DNA from: Anthoceros angustus
Taxonomy: Eukaryota; Plantae; Anthocerotophyta
DNA: 64,000 nt
Direction of reading: 5' to 3'
Assembly: GCA_010909165.1 (NCBI GenBank)
Contig: VJWM01000218.1
Location: 62,001 to 126,000 of the forward strand
The notes under the pieces were generated by a model that was not told where the DNA came from, made no database searches, and worked only from the letters and a program-made list of their open reading frames with translations. The position numbers and the translations under genes are program-made. Positions within the stretch are counted from its first letter, which is position 1, and each line of letters begins with the position of its first letter. This document shows positions 1 to 10,440 of the stretch, in pieces.

Positions 1-593
1 ACACCTAGGGCATGGCTCCTCACCCTTGACTCCTCCGAATGCATGCTCGCACTCATGAGGGGAATGGTCCGTCCTCGGCACCTCACGCAGGGCTCGCCAC
101 TTCTGGGCTGGCTTGTCTCCGAGCTCCTCCACTCGACCTCCGCGTCGGTCATGTCGCCCACCACTCCTACTTGTGGAGTAATCACTTGCACGAGAGAAAG
201 TGTCGGGCCCTATCTTGTCACCATCTCGTACACTTCCTTGAGGGTGTAGTGTTGCCCTTCGTGTGCACCGCTTGTTGCACCTTCATGCGCATATGGCAAT
301 GCCTGCAAGTACTTCTCGATGAAGTCCTCCTCGCCGAAATCCTCCATCGGTCACTCATGATCTTGGTGTCACGTAACCGGTCGATTCTTGATAAGCCATC
401 TTGCGGTCTCGACTTCATCTTGAAGTGTGTCACCGGAGATCTTCTCATCCGTGCTTGCGAAACTCCAGGAAGATGTCAAACATCTCTTGATGGGATCGTG
501 CCCACTCGGTGCCACTGCTCCGTCTGCACTGGTTCCTTCGGAGCTTGAACTGCTACTCGGTCCTCCAGCTGTGCCGCTCAACAGCCTCGCCTT

Positions 594-2822
594 GTGCTCG
601 CGATAGCACGCCAATGCTTCATCCCCCAAGTACTTCGGCATTTGGATGAAGCCGTATCGCTTCGTGTATCCGGTCTTCAATTCCATCTCCGCACACACCG
701 CACCGTACTTCTCGATGAAGTCCTCCAGTGGCAAGGTGCCCGCTGTCTGAACAACTCCATTCGATCCTTGTCTCCTCCCATCTTGACGACTCCAAGAGAC
801 AAGTCCTCCTCGCCGCTCACCGAGTTGTCCGGCACTAACGTGTCTTGTGTGTTGCCACCAGATCCTTCAAAGATTGTTGATTGTGTCTGGGTTCCTCCGC
901 GTCCTTGTGGTACCAAAATCGAGTGTCGCACTTCTCCTCTTGGTCGGGACTTGAATTCGCTCGATGGACTTGGTTGGTTGGTAGCTCCGTCCGGATCGAG
1001 TGTGTCGAGCATGCACTCCAGGCGGTTAGTGGCTAGATCAAACCCTTAATCAAGGTTAACACACCCGCTATCTTAGATCGTGATTAGTGAAACCTCTAAG
1101 TATCTATGCATGTTAAAATCGCATAGAAATACTCTGCAGGCTATGTCGTAGTCAAAAGAAGTGAGCTGGGTGAGTTGGATAGCAAAGGCGTAGGAACTCC
1201 AGAGTTAAGCACCCGCGGGGTGGATCAGTACCTGGATGGGGTGCCGACAAACTAGGACTTTTGGACAGAAAGTCAAATCACATGGACTGATGACATACCC
1301 ATGTCTATCCGCTTCCCCTTATCCCTTGAATCCGGGGCCCAAGAGTAAAATACTCTTGTTTCTCCTTGGTTGGTTGGCCTTAAAAGGCCAGCCCCTGTGG
1401 AGGCCTCATTCCTCTCCTTGGTAGGGCTTCTTGCCTCCTCCTTGGCCTTGGACTTGGGCTTCTTGCCTCCTCTCCTTGGCCTTGGACTTGGGCTTCGCCT
1501 CCTCTCCTTGGCCTTGGGCTTGGGCTTCTTCTCCTCCTCTCCTTGGCCTTGGACTTGGGCTTCGCCTCCTCTCCTTGGCCTTGGACTTGGGCTTCTTGCC
1601 TCCTCTCCTTGGCCTTGGGCTTCGCCTCCTCCTCCTCTCCTTGGCCTTGACTTGGCCTTCGCCTCCTCTCCTTGGCCTTAAGCCTTGGGCACACTTGAGA
1701 GTCCCTTGCCTACTTGCTTAAAGAACTAGCGTTGCCTCGTAGCCTCGCCTTGTGCTCGCGATAGCACGCCAATGCTTCATCCCCAAGTACTTGGCATTTG
1801 GATGAAGCCGTATCGCTTCGTGTATCCGGTCTTCAATTCCATCTCCGCACACACCGCACTGCATTTCTCGATGAAGTCCTCCAGGGCAAGGTGCCGCTCC
1901 TGAACAACTCCATTCGATCCTTGTCTCCTCCCATCTTGACGACTCCAAGAGACAAGTCCTCCTCGCCGCTCACCGAGTTGTCCGGCAAGACTAACGTGTC
2001 TTGTGTGTTGCCACCAGATCCTTCAAAGATTGTTGATTGTGTCGCTGGGTTCCTCCGCCCTTCGGTGGTACCAAAATCGAGTGTTCGCACTTCTCCCTCT
2101 TGGTCGGGACTTGAATTCGCTCGATGGACTTGGTTGGTAGCTCCGTCCGGATCGAGTGTGTCCAGCATGCACTCCAGGCGGTTAGTGGCTAGATCAAACC
2201 CTTAATCAAGGTTAACACACCGCTATCTTAGATCGTGATTAGTGAAACCTCTAAGTATCTATGCATGTTAAAATTGCATAGAAATACTCTGCAGGCTATG
2301 TCAGTCAAAAAAGTGAGCTGGGTGAGTTGGATAGCAAAGGCATAGGAACTCCAGAGTTAAGCACCCGGGTGGATCAGTACCTGGATGGGGTGCCGACAAA
2401 CTAGGACTTTTGGACAGAAAGTGAAATCAAATGGACTGATGACATACCCATGTCTATCCGCTTCCCCTTATCCCTTGAATCCGGGGCCCAAGAGTAAAAT
2501 ACTCTTGTTTCTCCTTGGTTGGTTGGCCTTAAAAGGCCAGCCCCTGTGGAGGCCTCATTCCTCTCCTTGGTAGGGCTTCTTGCCTCCTTGGCCTTGGCCT
2601 TGGCCTTGGCCTTGGACTTGGGCTCCTCTCCTTGGCCTTGGCCTTCTCCTGGCCTTGGACTTGGGCTTCTTCGCCTCCTTGGCCTTGGACTTGGCCTTCG
2701 CCTCCTTGGCCTTGACTTGGGCTTCTTCCTCCTCCTTGGCCTTGACTTGGGCTTCTTCGCCTCCTGGCCTTAAGCCTTGGGCACACTTGAGAGTCCCTTG
2801 CCTACTTGCTTAAAGAACTAGC
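594..2822. repeat. ~1.15 kb tandem duplication within the retroelement leader/gag start
   Basis: 594-1730 is repeated at ~1745-2822 with small indels. It may be real or an assembly duplication. Confidence 0.8.
1425..1682. repeat. Degenerate minisatellite (cttggccttggacttgggcttcttgcctcctctc)n; second copy at 2575-2772
   Basis: Directly visible repeated 33-39 bp units. Confidence 0.9.
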
Positions 2823-2992
2823 GTCGAGCCTCGCCTAGCACGGCCTAGCATGGCCTAGGGTCGCTAGCATCACCTAGCATCGCCTAGCATCGCCTAGCAC
2901 GCCTAGCACGCTAGCATCGCCTAGCATCGCTAGCACGCCTAGCATCGCTAGCACGCCTAGCGCCTAGCATCGCTAGCATCGCTAGCATCGCC
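2820..2992. repeat. 10-bp tandem repeat (cgcctagcat)n
   Basis: Directly visible. Confidence 0.9.
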
Positions 2993-3006
2993 TCTGAGTC
3001 ATAGCT

Positions 3007-3579
3007 TGTAACAACGGAGGAGTAGCTCGCACGTCGTGGCACAAACACACTCTCCCACGAGAACAACACGCAAATTCCTCACACATCGCCTCTGAGTCAT
3101 AGCTTTGGCCTCCTCGCTCTTGCATTGCATCTAGAGGACAAGCTATGATCCGAGCTTGTCCTCAATGGAAGGGTCTATATACTAGACCGCATCGGCATAT
3201 TCCTAAGATATCCTATTGGCATCATATGCGAAATATCCTAAGAATACACTATAATATGCAAGGAATATGCCAAAGCATATTACTTGAGCTTATCCACTTA
3301 GCTATTGTATCCTAAGAATACACTATAATATGCAAGGAATATGCCAAAGCATATTACTTGAGCTTATCCACTTAGCTATTGCTAACCATGTTTAATTAAC
3401 ACTAATCAATGCTTAATTAACATAAGCACATTAGATTAATTAACACTAATCAACTTAATTAACATAAGCACTTTAGATTAATTAACACTAATTACTTACT
3501 TAAAGATAAGTAATTAGATTAATTAATGCTAATCAAACACTAAACCCAAGTGCGTAGATTAGTATCACACGGCATGACA
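3007..3579 (-). repeat. 5' LTR (573 bp) of the gypsy-like element
   Basis: Starts TGTAAC (3007), ends CATGACA (3579). TATATA at 3176-3181. Internal ~75 bp tandem duplication 3233-3381 and AT-rich ttaattaac repeats. Confidence 0.65.
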
Positions 3580-3957
3580 ACTCCTTTTTTGCTTGAGACT
3601 TTCAATGCTTATAATCACCTTTCGGATTATGTGACTGCAAGTTTGGAGACCACCGGAGATTGGAGTACGACACCCAAGGCCAAGTTGAGACCACAGAGGC
3701 GGTAGAGGCAATCGATGAGATACCGAATCCGCAAGGGGAGTGTTGCACCATAGCGCTTCGGAGGGAAGCTTCGTTCGATCATTAATGTTAGCACGTTTAT
3801 GCGTGCGTAGAAGAATGTTTTAGTTGCCGGGCGAGTTCCGTTCGTTACCTTTCACACTTCTTATCGGCGGTTACAACCGCCGAGACACTATAAATGACGC
3901 GTTCGGACTTAATCAATCACTCTCATCGCTCACCTTTCGCATCTTGCACCCGCTTAC
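3580..3957 (+). mobile_element. 3' end (3' UTR, PPT, 3' LTR) of a Ty1/copia copy interrupted by the gypsy-like insertion
   Basis: Matches 18631-18979 and 34487-34845. PPT gcaaggggag at 3731-3740, LTR starts TGTTG at 3741. Confidence 0.8.
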
Positions 3958-5930
3958 TGCTTCGTTTGGTAAACCCGATGACATGTTAAGGAAGGCCAAG
4001 GATTCTTAGAGGGTGATGTATAATCTATGACAAAATCTATGTAAAAGTAGCATCACAAAATAGACCTCAAAAAGTCAAGACAAGGGCATATTTTCTAGAA
4101 TTTCATACATCAAAAATTTGAGAGAAAAAGGCAAAAAGAGAACTAGAGACTCAATATGAGTGGGAAGAATTTGGGGTTAAGGAAAGGGAGAGGTGTCTTG
4201 ATGGTTTTGGTGCGTGTGAAACCTCCTAGTTAGTCTTCTCATTTCTTGTGGTTCCGTTGATAGGGGTTTTACTTGTACATTCATAGGCCATGGTTCCTAG
4301 TAGGTCCAAATTTGTATTGGCGGATTTTGGCTTTGTGGCGGTGTCCTTGTGATGATTTGGAGGTTTTGGTTTTCGATCGGCTGGCGATGGGGGCTTTGGC
4401 TCCGATTCAATGGCTCTTCTCGGTTGCTCGGGTTCTTGGTGTTGCGTAATCGGATGATGGTGAATTGGGGCCCGAGCTCCGTAGGTTAATTTGTCTACAA
4501 GTTACATTTGGTATGAGGGGTTTGTTTTGCTCTCGTCTTCGCTTGGCAAGGGAGGCGCTATTTTGATCTATGGAGGATGAGGTTTTGGCTTCTCTTAGTA
4601 TCATTTTCGGTCTCAATTTGCGGTTTCAAAATAAAGCGTGATTTTTTCACAAAATAAAACCATGCTCCCAAGCCGCTTAACAAAGGGATGAGTCCACCCC
4701 AATACCTATTAGAACTCACGATGTCTCATTTGAGGAAGCCAATGTGCCTTTTCCAAGAGGCACTTATGTAGTTATTTGGGGTTTCTTCCTTCTAGCGAGT
4801 AATTGCAAGATATATATTAATACATATTTATTTATAGATCATTAGGCGATGCAGCCATGAGGCTATGATGCCTCTATTTACATTTTTTCACCAGCAATGC
4901 TTGCAGTAGATTTTTTCAAATTCCTAATTCTAATATTATAATAGCGTAAAGAGGTTTTGGTCCTATGGAGCTTGTTGTGGTGTATATTAATACATATAGA
5001 CCACAATAAGTGCATTTAAAACCCTACAATTTGGAAAGTCTACATTTTAGATAAGCCTATGGAGGTAGTTCTAGATGGAACATACATCCAAGATAAAGTC
5101 GCCAAGTTGAAGAGACTGGCAAAACATTAAAACAAGGTCCTCATTTCAAGACACTATCACCAAGTCATTCAAATACCTTGATGGAGCTAGCCCTAAATGG
5201 AACACATACCAGACGAAGGCCCCTTAACAATCATCAAGTATTTATGATAACCTTGTGGAGTTTGCTCGAGACGAAACAAACGCTCAAGCACGCTTCCTTG
5301 AAGAGAGTAGGTTCCCATTATAACATTGTACCACCAAGTATGTCAAATCACCTTGTGGAGTGTGACCGAGAGGAACATACGCACAAGTACAAAGTCCCTT
5401 GAAGAAACTAGGTCAAATACCTACAATCAAACTTGGGTAGGTACCCATCCATTATTCTTCCGTTGACGTGAAGAGTCAAGGGTATCAAATTTGAGGTTGA
5501 GCGTTATTATCCTAGCATTATTCTAAAAATGTCGAGATAAGAAAGGTAATTTCAAAGAAAAATAGAAGTGTAGGAGAGGGACAATGTGTGTGTTAGGGGG
5601 TAACTAGTGGAGAAAGTGATTGGGAACGAGAGAGTATGGGGTGCAAGAAGAAAAGAAAAGGAAGGAGGGACAAGATTTATGAGTAAAAAGGAAATATTAT
5701 AAAATAGAAATAGATTGAAAAAATAAAACATAAAATATGGAAAAGAGTGAAAAGATAGAAGATAAAAAGAAAAGAAAAAGTGAAGAAGATATCAAACAAA
5801 AATTAAGTGAATACCTAGTTGAAATCTTCTTTTGATATTATGTATTGAAGAAGAATAAAGTCATTGAATTTAGGTAACATGGATCGACAAGAAAAAGATT
5901 GTATATCGAGAAATAAATGAGTTGGTTCTC

Positions 5931-6219
5931 TATATATGTACATGTCCTCTCATCACAATTTCACATATTTGACTGCACTTGCTATCTCCTGGTGAGTTAT
6001 TCTCTTATTAGGTACATTTGCTGTTAGGTTTGATTGTAGTATTGCTCTTAGATTTGCTTAGGTTTGATTGTGATATTGCTCTTAGATTTGCTTAGGTGTG
6101 ATTGTAATTTTGGTCTTAGACTTGTTGTGCATTGAAATGGGTAGAGTATTGGCGAAGATCTTTTGTATAGAAAATGTAATCGATTGCTTGATGTTGCTTG
6201 GTTTGTGTAGCTAGAGAAA
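5931..6219 (+). promoter_or_regulatory. TATA box, short leader exon and 5'-UTR intron of the peptide precursor gene (same in every copy)
   Basis: TATATATG at 5931. Donor G|GTGAGT at 5992. U-rich intron. Acceptor TTTGTGTAG| at 6210, then ctagagaaaATGG. Confidence 0.65.
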
Positions 6220-6848
6220 ATGGCGACATCTATGGGATTTGGACGATCTTTCCTTGCTATTTTCCTTGCTCTTCTACTCATGTTTCCAAGCATATTGCTA
6301 GGCGTACTAGGGAGTCACTTGCCGACCGTCAAGAGGATAGATATTGATGACAGCATATTGAGGGCTCCACGAAAACCGCCTAGTGGTCCTAGCCCCGGCA
6401 ATGAGCCAGGGATGCCTCCTCTAGATCCACAGAAGGTGATTGTTCGAGGAGACGAAGGCATCTTGAGGGCTCCTAGAAAACCACCTAGTGGTGCTAGCCA
6501 CAGTAATGAGCCCGGGATGCCTCCTCGATGTAGAGAAAGTGACTGCTCAAGGAGACGAGCGCATCTTGAGGGCTCGGTGAAACCACCTAGCGGTGCTAGC
6601 TCGGCAATGAGCACAGGATGCCTCCTCTAGAGGCAAAGAAAGTAATTGTTGGAGGGCACAAAGGCATCTTGAGAGCTCCAAGAAAACCACCTAGTGGTGC
6701 TAGCCCTGGCAATGAGCCTGGGATGCCTCCTCTAGATCCACTGAAGGTGACTCTTCGAGGAGACGAGCGCATCTTGAGGGCTCCACGGAAACCACCTAGC
6801 GGTGCTAGCCCTGGCAATGAGCCTGGGATGCCTCCTCTAGATCCATAG
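6220..6848 (+). CDS. Secreted multi-repeat peptide precursor (signal peptide + 5 x 35-aa repeats, core RKPPSG(P/A)SPGN; CLE/IDA/PIP-like), copy 1
   Basis: Hydrophobic N-terminus MATSMGFGRSFLAIFLALLLMFPSILLGVLG. Five ILRAP(R/V)KPPSGxSxxNEPGMPPLxx repeats, 105 bp period, ending PLDP*. The frameshift near 6530-6615 is repaired by copies 2 and 5. Confidence 0.8.
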
Positions 6849-7348
6849 AGAGTCATTTTTCAACTTGTCGGTATTGAGTGTAGAAGTAATGGCTCATACA
6901 AGGCACAAGTGGGAATTATAATGTGCATATGTCGTTCACCCTTGGACACCCTTTTTGTTGGGAAGGTGTGGTATTGAAGAAGAATAAAGTCATTGAATTT
7001 AGGTAACATGGGATCGATAAGAAAAAGATTGTATATCGAGATATAAATGAGTTTGTTCTCTATATATGTACAAGTCCTCTCATCACAATTTCACATATTT
7101 GACTGCACTTGCTATCTCCCGTGAGTTATTCTCTTATTAGGTACATTTGTCGTTAGGTTTGATTGTAGTATTGCTCTTAGATTTGCTTAGGTTTGATTGT
7201 GATATTGCTCTTAGATTTGCTTAGATGTGATTGTAATTTTGGTCTTAGACTTGTTGTGCATTGAAATGGGTAGAGTATTGGCGAAGATCTTTTGTATAGA
7301 AAATGTAATCGATTGCTTGATGTTGCTTGGTTTGTGTAGCTAGAGAAA

Positions 7349-7965
7349 ATGGCGACATCTATGGGATTTGGACGATCTTTCCTTGCTATTTTCCTTGCTC
7401 TTCTACTCATGTTTCCAAGCATATTGCTAGGCGATTAGGGAGTCACTTCAAACGCCAAGAGGATAGATATTGATGACAAGATATTGAGGGCTCCACGAAA
7501 CCGCCTAGTGGTCCTAGCCCGAATGAGCCGTGGATGCCTCCTCTAGATCCACGAAGGTGATTGTTCGAGGAGACGAAGGCATCTTGAGGGCTCCTAGAAA
7601 ACCACCTAGTGGTGCTAGCTCGCAATGAGCCCGGGATGCCTCCTCTCGATGTAGAGAAAAGTGACTGCTCAAGGAGACACACGCATCTTGAGGGCTCCAG
7701 TGAAACCACCTAGCGGTGCTAGCTCTGGCAATGAGCCTCGGATGCCTCCTCTAGAGGCAAAGAAAGTAATTGTTGGAGGGCACAAAGGCATCTTGAGAGC
7801 TCCAAGAAAACCACCTAGTGGTGCTAGCCCTGGCAATGAGCCTGGGATGCCTCCTCTAGATCCACTGAAGCTGACTCTTCGAGGAGACGAGCGATCTTGA
7901 GGGCTCCACGAAACCACCTAGCGGTGCTAGCCTGCAATGAGCCCGGGATGCCTCTAGATCCATAG
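7349..7965 (+). CDS. Multi-repeat peptide precursor, copy 2 (local 1.13 kb duplication; indels)
   Basis: Near-identical to 6220-6848, with small indels at different positions. Confidence 0.7.
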
Positions 7966-8729
7966 AGAGTCATTTTTCAACTTGTCAGATTGAGTGTAGA
8001 AGTAATGGCTCATACAAGGCACAAGTGGGAATTATAATGTGCATATGTCGCTCACCCTTGGACACCCTTTTGGGAAGGTGTGGTATTGAAACGGGAGATA
8101 TTTTCTTGTCGTATATTTATTGAAGAATTTAACTGAACTTATTATGTTAACAATAAACAATAATTGGATTTACTAACTATTGATCTTTTGATGTTAATAC
8201 GACATTAAAGGGAATGTGTTACTTGACCCCATCATTTCACTCCGGAACAAGGATGTGGAAATGCATGTCACACCATTTGGTCTACACCGTGGCTTTAGCG
8301 ATCCGACACGAGAAGACGATCCCCAATGAGCCCCATTGCATATAGCACCAGCCCAAGCCGTTGAGAGGGATGGGAGAAAAGTGATAGCAAGCCTGTCTAC
8401 ACCAAGCAGCAGTGGAATTGAAGGACAAGACTACCGCACCAGTGTGAATACGCAAGTTCTTGAGGAGTGGCGAAATGGTCATCGGCAGAACTTTCAGCAA
8501 AGATAATCCCACAATCGAACACCCTCCGCCGAATGAGGCTTGGGTGTAGCTGGAAACCAGTGAGTACTGCATCTTGCAGCATGATAGACCCGAGCTCGCG
8601 ATGGAGAAAGAATTAGGACACGGACTTAGAATATCTAGGAGATTGGAGACACAGGTAGCCGCAAAAACCCCTTAGGTTGAAAGGTCCTCTCATGTTACTG
8701 ACACATTGGTATGCCAAAAATGAACCTAC

Positions 8730-8863
8730 CTAGCTCAAGACCGCGAGGACATCCAAGCCCTCGGGACAAGGTATTGGGTCCCATCCTTTCCTTTGAAGTC
8801 GCTTTCCTACATACTTGAGTACAAACGCTGCTAGAGGACATCTACAACGGCTTCCACACACCG
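8730..8863 (-). pseudogene. Duplicated fragment of CPN20 last exon (also 22571-22706 and 27859-27991)
   Basis: Matches 38515-38653, which encodes [43 protein letters not shown]. Carries shared transitions and lacks the splice acceptor. Confidence 0.85.
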
Positions 8864-9576
8864 CTCCATCTAGTCCGTACCAATACTAATGAACTTACCC
8901 CGCCACCAGATCATGAACTCGGTCCAATGATCATGTCCACCAAGATTGGAGTATTCGGACCCCAACCGGAGCTCTACTCGCGTTGCTACCTCGAGCGACG
9001 GACGCCCGGGTCCTTCACCAGCGAGGCCGCCGACTGTGTGAGCCTGCGGCTAAACTCTCCTTATGTCAAGGGGAGAAATTCCATATAGTGCAAGGAATCG
9101 ATCTCGATCTTCGAGAGAGGTGTTCTCCTAGGACGAATCGGGCTACTATCTAAGAGTTTGATTCTATAGGGATTTCTGTTCAACTCACTGTGCTTTGAGG
9201 TGATCGAACACTTTTAGACCGGACTTGCTCTTCAAAGACGACACCCATTGCTCCGTCATTGCATATTTGCTTATCACGTAATTTGGACAACAAAATAAAG
9301 GTGTAGCACTAGCGACCACGAGGTCCTAGGATACTGACTAGTCTCGCAATGTATGAAGCGGGTAATCAATCTACAAACATTCGAATCGAGTACTTGGGGC
9401 TATGATACCATATTAACATAAAACTATAGAGAACTTGTACAATTGAATAAGTGCAACTAATCGATCAATTACAAAATTATCCTAAATACTTGTGTGGTGG
9501 TATTGTGGTGTATGTTCAAAATTAACCTAAATGAATAAATAATATTGGATAGGTTAATTAACCCTAACCTCTAACA
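8864..9576 (-). mobile_element. Truncated copia-like element: ~165 bp LTR, tRNA-iMet PBS and short degenerate interior (also ~22707-23418 and ~27992-28698)
   Basis: gctatgatacca at 9399-9410 is the reverse complement of the iMet PBS TGGTATCA(G/T)AGC. It is followed by an LTR-like block tattaac..ctaaca (9411-9576). Confidence 0.55.
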
Positions 9577-9589
9577 GTAGCTAAAGAAA

Positions 9590-9822
9590 ATGGCAACATC
9601 TATGAGATTTGGATGATGTTTCCTTGCTAATTTTCTTGGTCTTCTACTCATGTTTGAGCATGCTCGGATATACTAGGAGTCACTTACCAAACATCAAGAG
9701 GATAGAATCGATAATAGCTAGCATCTATCTTGAGCTAGCTCCAAGAAAACCACCAAGTAGTGCTAGCCACAGTAATGAGCCCCGAGAAGCCTCCTCCATT
9801 TAGAATATTTGAGAAAAATTAA
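9590..9822 (+). pseudogene. Single-core paralog of the peptide precursor, pseudogene
   Basis: MATSMRFG* (CGA>TGA at codon 9), then a signal-like segment, SHLPNIKRI and one core LAPRKPPSSASHSNEP. Confidence 0.75.
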
Positions 9823-10440
9823 GAGCAACAGCCCAAGTGAGCCCATTTGATATAAAGAATCCCTATGGGAGTTTCTTTCCCACCATGCCTTTTCCTCTTG
9901 GTTTCTCCATCCACCTTTTGATTTTTGTACTTAGTACTTGACACGATGGAGCGAATGGAGACAAAAACTTTGAACTCAAAACTAAGGCCATCTACCTTGC
10001 GCATTGAAAATGGGTTGGGGCATTCACAAAGTTTCTCAAACAACCTATCTCAAGCAACAACTAGAACTAGATGGCGCTCATGGATAGATGCATGAAGTTT
10101 ATTACACGCACTTGGGAAACTAGCTGCCCTATGCGATAGGGAAATGCCTCTAGCAATACTAAGTCACCCTAGTATCACTATCATTTGTATAATACAAGTA
10201 TGGAGAAGGGGAGCAGAACCCGGAGCGGAGGAACTTATATAGAGGTGGGGGCGATGAATCGTCAGAGCACCGTGAACTTCGCTATTGGGAGCGGATGGCG
10301 CCTGCGGCGAACAAAAGGAACTCCTAGCGTATGCCAAACTCCTCCGCACCTCAAAAATGGGCGCCTCCGCTAAAGCCGGGCTAGGATGCGGGATGTAGAT
10401 GGCGAGAGACCCTAGGATCGTAACTTAGCGAACCACGGTT

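Larger units (their letters stand above)
1..3579 (-). mobile_element. Ty3/gypsy-like LTR retrotransposon, 5' part (LTR, long repetitive leader, gag-like start); continues beyond window start
   Basis: LTR-like block 3007-3579 bounded by TG..CA. Gag-like minus-strand peptides (PLEDFIEKYGAVCAEMELKTGY..PKYLGDEALACYREHK, KYLQALP). Right end abuts 'actcc', which in other copies is internal copia 3' sequence (gtgt|actccttttt at 18631), so it is a nested insertion. No pol domain is visible, so the superfamily is inferred. Confidence 0.6.

Noticed and set aside
1370-2813. Leu/Gly-rich and Lys/Arg/Glu-rich ORFs on both strands
   Set aside because: Translations of the minisatellite in the retroelement leader; no independent coding evidence
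4230-5500. Hydrophobic and other short ORFs in the unit spacer (e.g. 35135-35647, 25350-25541)
   Set aside because: Frames differ between copies and no recognisable domain; cannot be supported
6355-6848. Repeat-spacer periodicity reminiscent of a CRISPR array
   Set aside because: 105-bp codon-phased protein repeats in a plant genome; no cas genes; spacers are related to each other
6220-6848. BURP-domain (burpitide) or cyclotide precursor
   Set aside because: No BURP CH motifs, no aromatic residues or cysteines in the cores, and no cyclase gene recognised in the window
6315-6856. Minus-strand repeat ORFs (GSRGGIPGSLPGLAPLGGF), also in the other copies
   Set aside because: Antisense shadows of the peptide repeats; the plus strand has the promoter, intron and signal peptide
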